Source: Pelagomonas calceolata
Taxonomy: Eukaryota
NCBI GenBank assembly: GCA_918797485.1
Contig: CAKKNE010000001.1
Coordinates: 62,001-126,000 of the forward strand
Reading direction: 5' to 3'
DNA: 64,000 bases
Numbering within the stretch: the first letter of the stretch is position 1; each line of letters opens with the position of its first letter. Below, one piece after another: positions 1 through 11,691 of this stretch. The notes under the pieces are model-generated. The model was not told where the DNA came from and searched no databases. It saw only the letters and a program-made list of their open reading frames with translations. A program made the translations under genes and the position numbers.

Positions 1-636
1 TGGTCGAGACGCTCTTCGGCGACTACGAGTCCCTGGCCGCATTACTGAGAGCGCCTCAACTCAAAGACGTCGTCACGCTCGCCGAGCAGCCGGGCCGGCC
101 GACCTCATGGTGCGCCTCGCTCAGACAGAGACGCCGGAGCGGGCCCAGCCGGCGGTCCGCGAGGCCCTACGTTCGTGGTCAGCTTAGAAAGGTACGAGGC
201 CACCTTCGCGAGGACGTGAGCGTGCAAACTTTGGTGCGCATGACGGACGACGACCTGGCGCCTGCGGAAGCTTACCAAAGGGCCGCGGGTGCAGATCCTG
301 GCCTGGGCGAGCCGCTGACTGATATCAACCCTATGCGTGTGCCGCGGGCTCCAGGCCTCCGGCGAAAAACGACCCCCCCCCATCGAGTCCCCCGCGCGGC
401 GGCGATATGCTGCCGTGGACGGGACACCTATTAATAACCCCTATTATCTCGTGAATCTTTTTTGCCTTCGTCGATGGCGTGCTTGCCCCGATCCATTCCA
501 CGTGGAACCCGATCCGGCGTCGTCGTCTGGCGCCGAGGTATATATGAATAGTTTACTTCGGATGCCTGAGAAACCCGTTTTTCCGCCTTACTTATTGGCC
601 GAGACCCCTCCCTAGGCGCCGCGATAGTTCCCAGGC

Positions 637-662
637 GCTAGTATGTCTTACTTGCCGCTAGC
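637..662 (-). promoter_or_regulatory. CTAG-GTAAGACA-CTAG motif
   Basis: GCTAGCGGCAAGTAAGACATACTAGC upstream of SNF7. Confidence 0.6.
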
Positions 663-1015
663 TTTACAGCTTTACCAAGAGACAAAGATTAATTGGGGTT
701 ACGCAGTGCGGGCCCACAGCTAGCCGGCGACGCGTTAACTGTTAGCCGGAACCCTCCTGCGTGACAGCTTTCAGCTCCGCAGACCAGCGCTCGCCTCCGC
801 CCGCCGGAGAGAGCCGCTGCCTTGTCGAAACTTCGGCAGGTCTCAAGCGGACAGAGCGGCCGCGCGCGCCAGCCAGGGCGTGCGCTCAGCTCAGCTCGGG
901 AGACAGACGCCGCGAGCCGCCGCGCGTCTACGAGGGGCGCCGCCGATCGCGGTCAGCCCTCCGGGACGCCACGATAGGCAACGACAGCAGCAAATCGTCG
1001 GGCCAGCCGGCAAAC

Positions 1016-1695
1016 ATGAACCTCTTCGGGCGGCGGCGGTCGAAGCCGCGGGGCGCCCCGGCGTCAGGACCCGGCGCAGACGATCGTGTCGTTGCGGGGC
1101 ACCCTCGACACGTTGGAAAAGCGCCAGGCCCACCTCGACAAGCAAATCGCCAAGCAGGTCGCGGAGGCCAAGGCGAAGATGGCCAAAAAGGACAAGCGCG
1201 GCGCTTTATTTTGCCTTAAAAAGAAGAAGATGTACGAAGCGGAAATCGAGAAACTGAACGGCGCGCGCCTGACCCTCGAGTCGCAGATCATCGCGCTCGA
1301 GGGCACGGTGACGAATGCGGACACCGTCGCGGCGATGAAATCGGGAGCGACCGCCATGAAGCACGCAGCTGGCTGATGTCGACGCCGACGCCGTGGGTGA
1401 TTTGATGGACGACATCCAGGAGGAGATGGCCACCGCCGACGAGATCTCGGCGGCGATCAGCGCTCCTGGCGGCGATTTGTTGGGAGATGACGAGCTGCTC
1501 GACGAGCTCAACGAGCTCGAGGAGCACGAGCTCGAAAGTCAATTATTGGACGCGCCGCCGATCCCCGTGGCGCCCCTGCCCGATGCACCGCTCTCAATGC
1601 CTGCGGTTCCGACGCAGCCGCCGGCCGCACCCGCGAAACAGGAAGATGCGGATCTCGCCGCGCTGCGGGAGCTCGAGGCGGCGATGGCGATGTAG
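1016..1695 (+). CDS. SNF7: ESCRT-III subunit Snf7/Vps32/CHMP4 (about 2 apparent frameshifts)
   Basis: MNLFGR start; LRGTLDTLEKRQAHLDKQI; KKDKRGALFCLKKKKMYEAEIEKLNGARLTLESQI; DLMDDIQEEM..EISAAIS; DDELLDELNELE; C-terminal LRELEAAMAM. Confidence 0.93.
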
Positions 1696-1798
1696 TCCTC
1701 GGAGTAACGATTGACCTTTGTAGCTCGTGTCTTTTCGCGCGCAGCCGTGTTTGCTCTTACTACCCCTAGTCTAACCCTTAAGATGGATAAGATGGATG

Positions 1799-2785
1799 TT
1801 ACATCGGCCTGCAAGAGTCTACCGCGCTGGTGCCGGGAGGGGGGAAGCGGGCAGCAGAAGGAAACCTAAAACCCCCCGCATGCAGCAGTTTCTCCCTGAA
1901 GTACTGCGTAAAGCGCAGATTAGTCGTCGTTCGAGGCTCTCGACGTAGAATATCCATCAGCATAGGTCCTTGAACACCGGGCGGGTTGTGAACGACCAAA
2001 GCTCGATTCCAACCTCTGTGCGCCTTGAGAACGTCGCACCCGTTTTCGATGAGGAACGTCGCCAGCTGATAATGAGCTTTGGTTAGCCGCCCCGCGGTGA
2101 GGCACCAGCAGAGAGGGGTCGTGCCGATATCGCACTTAGGGTCGATGTCGCGGCCCGCCGCCAGAAGTAGCCGGGCGAATTTCATCGCTTCGCCAGGGGC
2201 GTACACCGCCAAAAAGTGTAGCGGATGTTTTCCACTGGGTCCGATCGAGGCGTCGAGGTCCGCTCCATAGGCAACCAACGGAGAAACAAGTTCAAATCCC
2301 ACAAAGAACTTTTCAGCAAAGAACCCGTCATTCCTCGCCGCGAGCGAGGTGACCAGCCCAAGCGTCCGCCCCGCCGCCCTACGAGACGCCAGGTTAGCGT
2401 GGGCGCTCGATCGTTGTCCGCAGGATATGCTCCGCCTCGCGCACCGTGAGGCCGACGCCGCCGTAGCGTGACCTTTCGGCCACGTCCGTGCCCTTGCGCA
2501 GCGCCGTCCGCGCCTCCAGGTCCTTCCCGGCCGCGACGGCGAGCGGGGACCCACGGCGTGCGAGGCAATCTTTGAGAGCACGTCGGCCGGCAGGTGCAGC
2601 AAACTTAGTCTCGTGCGCGCCGCTTTGCGCGTGAGACCGAGGGCCGCGGCCTTCATGCACCGGAACGTGTAATCGTCGATGGCGCCGTCGTCGTGCAAGC
2701 GCTTCAATTTCCGCAGCGCCTCCTCGTCGATGGGATAGGGGCCCACCAGCGGGGCGGCGCGGGCGGCCGTTTGCGATTCATTCAT
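1799..2785 (-). CDS. Ankyrin-repeat protein with N-terminal SHOCT-like and F-box-like segments
   Basis: EALRKLKRLHDDGAIDD (SHOCT-like); LSLLHLPADVLSKIASH (F-box-like); GKHPLHFLA, GTTPLCWC, FLIENGCDV (ankyrin-like). Confidence 0.6.
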   Translation of the reverse strand: MNESQTAARAAPLVGPYPIDEEALRKLKRLHDDGAIDDYTFRCMKAAALGLTRKAARTRLSLLHLPADVLSKIASHAVGPRSPSRPGRTWRRGRRCARARTWPKGHATAASASRCARRSISCGQRSSAHANLASRRAAGRTLGLVTSLAARNDGFFAEKFFVGFELVSPLVAYGADLDASIGPSGKHPLHFLAVYAPGEAMKFARLLLAAGRDIDPKCDIGTTPLCWCLTAGRLTKAHYQLATFLIENGCDVLKAHRGWNRALVVHNPPGVQGPMLMDILRREPRTTTNLRFTQYFREKLLHAGGFRFPSAARFPPPGTSAVDSCRPM

Positions 2786-3061
2786 AGTCGCGTGTTGCGC
2801 GTTAGTTCGAGTTGCAATGTGACTGTCAGAGATGCACAGTCAGCTCTAGCAAATCGCTCTCGTATCCTTACAGTTAAGCAAGTGAGCGTAGTTGCCGCGA
2901 AATATAACCCTGACTACTGCTTTTGCTCGAAGTCTAGGAGATGAAGCGATACAGAGATGACGATGCAGCTAAAATTTTATCTGAACTCGCCTGGGCGACC
3001 CGTCCTACGACCTGATTCGACGCGCTCGGGCTGATCACGGAGGGTACGTACGGCACTATCG

Positions 3062-5063
3062 TCATGTTTTCGCGCCGCCGAGTTGCCTGGGGAATATCGC
3101 GCCGGCGCTCGACGCGAGCATGGATATCACAAAACGCCAACAGAAGCCACCGCCGCGACGTCCTGCGGGTCCTCGACGCCCGTCGCCGCGCCTACATCCG
3201 CACCGCCCGCCGATCACGGCCCGCGCCACGCGCGCCCGTCGACGACCGCGGCACGATGCCCCAGCGTAGCCCGCGCCCTCGCCGCACGGGTATAAGTTTT
3301 TGAGGGACACAGACTCGCATTCAGCATTGCGCACGACCCGTAACGGCGCCGACGTCCGCGTCTCGACGCCGTGGAGGATCGCGTCGTCGCCGACAAATCC
3401 GGGCATGGACCTTTCGAACGCGCCCGTCGCCGCGGCCCGCAGCGCGTCCGCCAAGGGATCTGGGAGTAAGCCGTCGTGCAATGACGCCTCGCGCACGCCC
3501 AATCTATAGGACGACGCCGGCGGCGGTCTCTGACGCGGCGCTTTCTTGTCGACGAAATCGGTCAGGCGCTGGACGGGGCAGACGTAGTCGCCGCCACCCA
3601 AGAGAGCCGCCTTCCTCTCCAACGACCGCTGGAAGGCGAGGACGCGCCGCGCACCCTTCGTTTGATCCAAGCACGGGTCGTCCGTCGCAACACTCACGAC
3701 CAGCGCCGCGTTCGCGAACAGCGAGTGCCGCCGCGAGTAGGACATGCCGTTGACGACCATCTCCGACGGTTTTGTTAGAGCTGGAACAACTTGCCCCCCA
3801 GGACACATGCAGAAACTATATATGGAGTGGTCGCCGACGTCCGCCGCGAGTCTATATGCCGCGACCGGTAACAGAGCCTCCGAGTCCCTCGACAAAGCTT
3901 CGTCGGTCGGGTGCCTTAACAGATTGGCCTTGTCGGTTCTAGAATTGCCCGTGACGACGCGGCAGGCGAGGTCGCCGTAGGCCAGACCATTCACCAACGA
4001 CTGCGGGTGCTCCACCCTAAAGCCGACCGCGACGGGCTTCGCCTCGAGTTTGGCGCCCGCGGCCTCGAGCGCGTCGTAGACGTCGTCGGCGCTGTGGCCC
4101 GCGGCGCAGACGACGGCGTCCGCATGTATCGTGGCCTCTCCGGCCGCCCAGCACGCGGGACGCCAGCGCGCTTTCGTTATTTTCCGTCTCGAGGCCCAGC
4201 AACCGCGTGCCGAAGCGCAGGTCCACGCCGAGTTCCGTCAATTGCCCGCGCAGCGACTTGAGGATGCCGATGAGGCCGTCCGTGCCGAGGTGCGGCGCGC
4301 CCTGCGTCAATATTTCCGAAGGCGCGCCGTGGCGCACGAAGGTCCGCAGGACCGCGCGGACGTCGCCCGAGTTGCGGCCGATGCGCGTCGTGAGCTTGCC
4401 GTCGGACCACGTGCCTGCGTCGCGTTCCCCCGGTCGACGGTCCCCACCACCACGCTTTCCTTAAGACGCCGCCGTCGCGCCCGCGCCGCCCTCGCCAAAG
4501 CAAAAGTTCGACTGCGCCTGGAGCTGGCGCCCCGCCATGAGCCGGCCGATGTCGCGGCCGCGGCGCTCGACGGGCTCGCCCGCGCTCGATCAGTGTCACG
4601 GCGCAGCCGTCGGAGGCGAGCTGCAGCGCCGCGAAGAGGCCCGCGGGGCCCGAGCCGACGACGACGACAGTGCGCTTCTTCTTCGTGTCCGTGACGCGCG
4701 CGGGCGCTACGGTCAAACCCTCGAGCCGCTCGCAGCGCCCGGCTGCTCAGCGAAGCGCCGGCGCACTCGACGTCCACGACGTAGGTCCAGCGCGGTTCGG
4801 GCAGCTTCTTCCGCACGTCGAGCGACTTGCGGACCACTCTTATTACTCGCCGGAGCCTCCCTTTTTGTCACGCGCTTCTTGCAGGCCTTCTTCAGCGCCG
4901 GCGAGAGCTGCGACGACGGCGCCGCGGCGCCGGGGTCCGCGCCCTGCGGCACGACGACGTCATATAAGCGGTAGGTGCCGTGGAGCTTTGTTGGTTGCTT
5001 CGTGCGCGGTGGCGCGATGAGTGCGGAGGCTGCTGTTATGAGTGCTAGCAGGCGTGGCGCCAT
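3062..5063 (-). CDS. FAD-dependent oxidoreductase (COG2509-like), probably plastid-targeted; intron(s) and frameshifts
   Basis: VVVVGSGPAGLFAAL; FGEGGAGTWSDGKL; GAPHLGTD; YSFCMCPGGQVV; GVETRTSAP; LYPCGEGAGYAG; leader MAPRLLALITAASA-L. Confidence 0.88.
4415..4480 (-). other. 66-nt GC-AG intron
   Basis: Removing GCGCGAC...GACGCAG restores the conserved GEGGAG-TWSDGK. Confidence 0.75.
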
Positions 5064-5185
5064 CTCTTCGTAGCAGTGGTGCTCGGGTTAGCACTGCTAG
5101 CGCACACTCGCTCGAGGCGCAGCACTGCTGCACGATGGCTATCGTTCTGAACAGCAAACTTCACACAGCCGCGCTCCTGAAACTA

Positions 5186-5209
5186 GCTAGCTGCATGTAA
5201 GACACTAGC
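5186..5209 (+). promoter_or_regulatory. CTAG-GTAAGACA-CTAG motif
   Basis: GCTAGCTGCATGTAAGACACTAGC between divergent genes. Confidence 0.65.
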
Positions 5210-5253
5210 ATTAGCAACAACTGGACCCTAGACGCCTCGCCGCCAAGCCAAAA

Positions 5254-5811
5254 ATGATCCTCACAAAAGTGCGCCGCCCCACTGGCCCACGACCACAAGG
5301 CGAGGTGTATTGGATGTAACACCCGCCACAAGGGGCAGCACGCGATGCACGAGCCGGTGGGCGGAGGTGGACTTACGCGAAGGCGCTCTACAAGGACGGC
5401 GCCTCCACGCTCGACGATCTGCGCAAGGCCGTGACGACGCTCGAGGATGTGGTGCCGACCGCGCGGCGCGTGCTCGGAGGCGCACATCCTGTGACAGGTG
5501 CGATTGAGGCCGATCTGCAACACGCGCGAGCCGCGCTCCGCGCCCGCGAACAACCTTTGTTGCCGCTGGTCATCTCCGTCGCGGGCCCGCAGGGCGACGA
5601 AGTATACTTCAAGGTGAAGCCGACGACGCTGCTGCAAAAGATCTTCGACGCGTACGCCAATCGCAAGGGCGTCGCCGGCGATTCGCTGCGCTTCCTTTTC
5701 AAAGGCTCGCGCGTCGACGGCGAGCAGACGTGCGCGGACATTGGCCTGGAGGACGACGATCAGCTGAAGGCCGAGAATGCGCAGGACGCCGTCGCCGCGC
5801 GCGATGAGTAA
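5254..5811 (+). pseudogene. Internally deleted MYND-family gene fused to a SUMO-like domain
   Basis: MILT..CAAPLAH..RCIGCNTR start (shares DNA with the gene at 20549); tail DLRKAVTTLED..RRVLGGAHP; then VYFKVKPTTLLQKIFDAYANRKG..LRFLFKGSRV..IGLEDDDQL. Confidence 0.65.
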
Positions 5812-5826
5812 GACCGTACAAAAATA

Positions 5827-7952
5827 TTACACATCATCCATACACTCATCGACCCCGACCGCGCCGCCGCGCCCCGCCACCAGGAGCCTTCCACCGGAAA
5901 ACGCGACCGCCGCCGCGGCATCAAGATCCAAACAGCGCACGGGCGCCGCGGCGCGCAGGACGGCGTAAATCGGCGCGCGCCGCGTCGAAGACGAAGACGC
6001 GGCCGTCGACGGCCGCAGCCGCCAGGATGGGGCGCGGGCCGGGCCGCCAGGCCGCGTGCGCCCAGCGCGGCCGCCGCGGCGCGACGCCAAGCACCGGCGC
6101 CTCGCCGCGGTCGAGGCCCGGCGCGACGCACGCGAGCGCGCGCCCGCCCGCCGCGAGCAACCAGCCGCCTCCCGAAAATGCGACGACGCGCACCGGCGCC
6201 TGGAAGCCCGCCCAGGTCGTGACGTCGCCGCCTCCATATATTCGGACGGCCCCGTCGAGACAGCCCGCCGCGTAGCGACCTTTGCGAAGCGCGAGCGCGC
6301 ACACCGCGGCCGGAGACGCGAGCTTCGCGGTCGTGGCGTCGACGACGAGCAGCGCGTCGCTGCCGGCGGCCGCGCCGACGACGGCGACGCCGTCGGCCGC
6401 GGCGAGGGCCGTCGCGGGCCGGTCCAGCGCCAGCCGTTTGACGACGGCGCCCGTCCCCGCCGCGAACAGCACGACGCATCGCGGCGTCGTCGCGGCGACG
6501 ACGTCGGACTTCGCGAAGGCGACGCCGCGGACGGCCCGGTCCAACGACCCGTCTCCCAGTTCAACCGTCGCCGCGAGCGCGCCGTCGGCCGCTGCCAAGA
6601 CCTCGACGCGGCCGTCGTCGAAGCCGACCGCCACGTACTCGTCGCTCGCGGCCACAGCCGTCGCCGCGGCTTTGCAGCAGCGCGTCCAGCGGTCGGCGCC
6701 CGTTGTTGGGTCGACGGCGGCGATCGACGCGTCGTCGACGAGGACCGCGACGCGCGCCGTTGCGGCCACGAGCGTCGCGCCTCGCCCGCGGGACCACGCG
6801 ACCGCGGCCGGCGGCACAGATACGCGCCGCAGGAGCGTCGCGGGCAGGCGCAGCTCGTCCGTCTCGCGCTTTACGAGGGGCAACGCGCGCGCGCAGTGGC
6901 GGTCGCCCGCGCCACCGAGGTCCACGCAGGGCGGCGCGCCCGCGCCCGCGACGGCCGTCCAGTCGCCCTCGCGCCAGGACCGCTCGCGGAGCACGCGGTC
7001 GCCGAAGCCGGCGAACCGCGCGTCGATGACGCGCGCGCGGACGCCGTTGACGCGGATGAAGAAGCGCGAGTAGGCAACCCAGAACCGCTCGTGCGCGCGC
7101 ACGCGGACGCGGAAGAAGCCGAACGAGTGCGGGTCGAGGTCGCCGCGCCACAAATCCCGGACCTCGAAGCGCGGCGCGCGGCCGTCGGCGGCGATGAGGG
7201 CCTCGAGGTCGAGGGTCTCTTTTGTTGGTTTCCATTGCGGCGGCGGCGGCGCGCAAAGGCCGTCGTCGGTCGTCGTCGTCCTGATCCGCGGCGGGCCGAG
7301 GAGCGGCGGCCTCCGTAGACGCAGCGGCACGTCGGCCGCCGGACTCGCGGCGCGTCGTCGCCGAAGCCGCAGTCGGGCAGCCAGCCCTGGGCACGCGGAA
7401 GATCGAGTCGCCGGGCGGCTGTGCGGCGCGCGTCGATGGCGGCGACGGCCGTGGCGCCGCAGTACCTGTGCGTTTGTACGTTACCGTCTACCGGCACGCC
7501 ATCGCCGCGCCATCTATGCAAAGTCTGATTGCTACGCGGACGCCGAACGGGCGTCGTGAACGCCCAGTCCCAGGTGCTCGGCGCCGCGGACCTGCGCGAC
7601 CGCGTTTTACGCCGTCGAGCGGAAGGACGCCGCCAAGGACCGGTGCGGGATCGGCCGCGTCGAGGAGCGCCCAGCTCGGGCGCCGCGTGTCGAACGCGAG
7701 GCGCACGCCCGACGCGTCGTGGCGCAGCGCGAGCAGGTTCCGCCCGTAGAGCGCCTCCGGCAGCTCCTGGTTTGTCGCGCGGCCGAGGCCGAGCTCGCGC
7801 TTCCAGGCCACCTGGCTGTCGGCGGCGAGGCTCCGCTTCGCGACGCTCAGGATGGGGGCGCGTTTTGTTTTTATCGTCCAGTTCCCGGTCGTGTGGGTTT
7901 TTGTTATGGCTTTGCCGGCGGCTAGGGTTGCGGCTTGTTCGTCGGGGTACAT
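5827..7952 (-). CDS. TIP41: TIP41/TIPRL-like protein with C-terminal WD40-like beta-propeller; intron(s) and frameshifts
   Basis: WTIKTKRAPILS..LPEALYGRNLLALRH..LAFD; later RVRVRAHERFWVAYSRFFIRVNGVRARVIDAR, RERSWREG; then YVAVGFDDGRVEV, YAAGCLDGAVRIY, AAAAVDGRVFVFD. Confidence 0.75.
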
Positions 7953-8863
7953 TCTTTTTTTTTTGTTTGGGAGAGCTTGTGCCGCCCACGATTGCGGTGT
8001 GCTGCCGCGTAGACCGGCGTTCGTGCGGCGTTGCTGGTACAGCGTCGGTAGGCCGCAGAGGCGCAGTACACGCCGGCGTATGCCAATACAGCGGATGACG
8101 CGCTTTGTTTGTTTTGGCAGCTGTGCTCTCTCAGTGGTATTTTTTTGCACGGCCGTAGCGCTGGCTTTTTTGGACTTTGAGCTTTGGTTGGTGTTCGGTG
8201 GAGTCCGTGGGCGATTCCTGTGGCAGCGTGGCCACGGCTTGGCCGGTTCAGAGCCTCTAGCTTGGCCCTCTAGCTTTTGGCCCTTTAGCTTTGGCCCACT
8301 TGTTGTTTGGCGCGCGGACGAATTTCCGTCGCACTATACAATTTCATTATTTCCTCCACCCGGAATCGCCTCTGGCGATTCCGGGGCGCCGCGTTCGACG
8401 GCCGCTCGCCTTTGCCCGTGCCCCCTAGACGTGGCCCCCCTTTGTTGTTTGGCTCGCGGCGCGACCGTCGCACTATACGGGTCAGTTTTTCACCCGGAAT
8501 CGCCTCTGGCGATTCCGGCGCCTGCGTTCGACGGCCGCTTCGCCCGGCCGTCGACGCGGGCGCGACCCCACCCCCGACCATGCGCGAATTTTGGGGGGCT
8601 TTAGCCCCCCCCATCTTCACCGCATGAGAGTGCCCTTGTGACTTGTAGGTCAAGCCCGACGGACCGGTGCCCGCGCCGACCTTTGCCTCGGGCGCGTGCC
8701 TTTTGTGAGGCCTTGTGTTGGCCTTTCGGTCCCGATCACAGCCGCGCCGCGAGGCCCAGGCCGCGGTCGTCTGCTCGCACGCTTGCAGACAACCGCGCAA
8801 GCAGCGTCGTCTCAAATGTTCCGCGCGCGGCGCGTGCAATCTCTCGAGAGCGTGGTAGTATTT

Positions 8864-9220
8864 CTACCCCACCGGCACGCCGTCGTCCCGCTTACGCCAT
8901 CGACGCGACACGCCATCGACGCGACCCATTTTGAAGAAGCGCCGCTTTCGCGCGTCGAACGCGAGGCGCACGCCCGACGCTTCGTGGCGCAGCGCGAGGA
9001 GGTTCCGCCCGTAGAGCGCCTCCGGCAGCTCCTGGTTCGTCGCGCGGCCGAGGCCGAGCTCGCGCTTCCAGGCCACCTGGCTGTCGGCCGCGAGGCTCCG
9101 CTTCGCGACGCTCAGGATGGGGGCGCGTTTTGTTTTTATCGTCCAGCCGTCTTTCGTTGTGTGCTTTTTTGTTATTGCTTTGCCGGCTGCTAGTGTGGCG
9201 GCTTGTTCGTCGGGGTACAT
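8864..9220 (-). pseudogene. Truncated copy of the TIP41-like 5' region
   Basis: Homology ends at ..VRLAFDARK. Confidence 0.75.
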
Positions 9221-9387
9221 TTTTGCTTTTGTGAGAGCTGCTCTCTTAGTGGTTTTTTGTGCACGGCCGCCGTAGCGCTGGAATTTTCTTTGCTTTGAGG
9301 CTTGGGTTGGTTGAATGCGAGCCGTGGACGAGCGCTGTGTCTGCGAGGGCACGGCTTTGGGCTGTCCTGGGCTCGAGTGCGCCGTGG

Positions 9388-9411
9388 GCTAGCGGGCTGT
9401 AAGACACTAGC
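9388..9411 (+). promoter_or_regulatory. CTAG-GTAAGACA-CTAG motif
   Basis: GCTAGCGGGCTGTAAGACACTAGC upstream of the TIP41 fragment starting at 9220. Confidence 0.6.
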
Positions 9412-10006
9412 AAGCAAGCGCCGTGCCTCGAGGCCCGTGTGTTTGTGATTGGCTCGCAGTAGAAATATTTTTATTATTTCCTTCACCCGGAATCGCCTCT
9501 GGCGATTCCGGGGCGCCGCGTTCGACGGCCGCTCGCCTTTGCCCGTGGCCCCCTGGACTTGCCCCCCCTTTGTTGTTTGGCTCGCGGCGCGACCGTCGCA
9601 CTATACAGGTCGTTTTTTCACCCGGAATCGCCTCTGGCGATTCCGGGCGCTGCTCGACGGCCGCTCGCCGGCCGTCGAACGCGGCGCGACCCACCCGACC
9701 ATGCGCGAATTTTGGGGGCTTTAGCCCCCATCTTCCCGCATGAGAGTGCCCTTGTGCATTTGTAGGTCAAGCCCGACGGACCGGTGCCCGCGCCGACCTT
9801 TGCCTCGGCGCGTGCCTTTTTGAGGCCTTGTGTTGGCCTTTCGGTCCCGATCACAGCCGCGCCGCGAGGCCCAGGCCGCGGTCGTCTGCTCGCACGCTTG
9901 CAGACAACCGCGCAAGCAGCGTCGTCTCAAATGTTCCGCGCGCGGCGCGTGCAATCTCTCGAGAGCGTGGTAGTACTTCTACCCCACCGGCACGCCGTCG
10001 CCCCGC

Positions 10007-10329
10007 TTACGCCATCGACGCGACACGCCATCGACGCGACCCATTTTGAAGAAGCGTCGCTTCTCGCGCGTCGAACGCGAGGCGCACGCCCGGCGTCGTG
10101 GCGCAGCGCGAGGAGGTTCCGCCCGTAGAGCGCGCCGGCAGCTCCTGGTTCGTCGCGCGGCCGAGCCCGAGCTCGCGCTTCCAGGCCACCTGGCTGTCGG
10201 CGGCGAGGCTCCGCTTCGCGACGCTCAGGATGGGGGCGCGGGTGGTGCGGATGGTCCAGCCGTTGTTCGCGTGTGTTGTTGTTATTGCTCGGCCTTTGGC
10301 TAGTGCTTTGTGGGCTCGTCGGGGTACAT
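10007..10329 (-). pseudogene. Second truncated, frameshifted TIP41-like 5' copy
   Basis: MYPDEP..; AWKRELGLGRATNQELP. Confidence 0.7.
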
Positions 10330-10857
10330 TTGGCAGCTTTTTGGCTGCCAGAGTGCAGGTGCTCTCCCGGGGTTTTGAAGGCTTAGGGCTGGTTTTTTTG
10401 GGCTGTGCGGCTCAGTGGCAGTCAGAAGCGGGCCTTGGGCGTCCTTAGCGCCTTTCTTGGCACGCAGCGGCCGGGCGGCACCCAGTCGCACGGGAAATCT
10501 CCGAAAAAGGGTTTTGCGTGACTCGGGATAAATGCGAAAGATCGACCGATGCCTCCTAGCCGCCACACCGCTTCTCCGAGAACGTGTTCATCATTGAACG
10601 CATCGATAGCCCGGGCTCGAATCCTGTTTTACACATTCAACGGTGACGTCATATTTCCCTGATGTCATAAGGAAAATAAAATTTCCTGAAAAGTCTAGTG
10701 GTTTATCATCTCCATCGAGGACCTCTCGTTGATCGCGCACACGCGACGAGCATGGACCGTTGGTGGCTTCTTTTTTGCATTTTTTGACGTTGAGGTGCCC
10801 TAGTTACCGAAAGGGGGGGGTGGGCACGTCAGAAGTCGCCATTCCCACAGTCCCCAT

Positions 10858-11059
10858 TCGCCTCGCGAGCTCCGAGCCCGCGCCGGCGGTACTTGACGGC
10901 TCCGAGAACGGCCTGCAGGCCACCGACGGCCTGCTCCCTTCGCCGCGGACCCGCGACGACGTCCGCGCCGCCACCCAGAAGTCCGTAGTATCGCGGTCCG
11001 CACGTCGCCTCGCGAGCTCCGAGGCAACGCCGGCGGTACTTGACGGCTCCGAGAACGGC
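10858..11059. repeat. About 55-bp direct repeat, two copies, period 147 bp
   Basis: tcgcctcgcgagctccgag..cgccggcggtacttgacggctccgagaacggc at 10858 and 11005. Confidence 0.9.
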
Positions 11060-11691
11060 GTGCAACTCAAGGACGGCCCGATCCCGTGGCTGCGGGCCCG
11101 CGTCGACTTCCGCGGTGCGACGCAGAGTTTATTTCACGATGTCTCGGCGTCGACAGATCCCGGACATCGTCTGTGGCCTCTAAGTCCGATGTTATTTTGG
11201 GGCCATCGTTGCTGTTTGGAGGCAACCCTTCGACGACTAAGGACATTATAATCGCATTACTCACGCGCAGTTCGCTTGGTTACGACGCCGCGCCCCTGTC
11301 CGCTCCGAGTACACGCCGACTTCACTTTACTCCCTCTACAAGGGTCTGCCATTTTCGGCCAGCACGCTTCGGTGACCGGGGACCCGCAGCAACATCCGTG
11401 GCGGTACGCATACAACGATTTCAAGTCCATTAGCCCGTAACGTCATGGCATGCGACACGCCACTAATGTCACTTTTCGGCGTCTACATGCAACTCAAGGT
11501 CAAGCACACCCTCTTGCATTGACAAGGATCGAGAGCGATGCTCCTTCACGCCGTTTTCATTACCACGAATGCCCACGACAACCTTCGGACGATGCTCGCG
11601 GAGGCTCGCGGAGGCTAAGGTTGACCAATGTGGCCCAAACTCCGTCAGGATGGTCCTCTCCTCTAAAAAAAAGGTTTAGACAAAAAAAAAA

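Larger units (their letters stand above)
8325..10330. repeat. About 1.1-kb tandem duplication (about 8345-9220 and 9473-10330), each unit carrying a 5' fragment of the TIP41-like gene and two hairpin sub-repeats
   Basis: Near-identical DNA in both units; MYPDE..KRAPILSVAKRSLAADSQVAWKRELGL starts at 7952, 9220 and 10329. Confidence 0.92.

Noticed and set aside
1..434. Open frame entering from the left edge
   Set aside because: No recognisable motif; cannot be assigned
1755..1800. Telomere-like CCCTA motifs
   Set aside because: Only two or three degenerate units; no array
6056..7318. Long Arg/Ala/Gly-rich antisense and alternative-frame ORFs here and throughout
   Set aside because: Shadow ORFs caused by high GC and scarce stop codons; no motifs
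8359..9647. Palindromic repeats as a CRISPR array
   Set aside because: Intervening sequences are about 110 bp and repeated rather than unique; no cas genes; eukaryotic context
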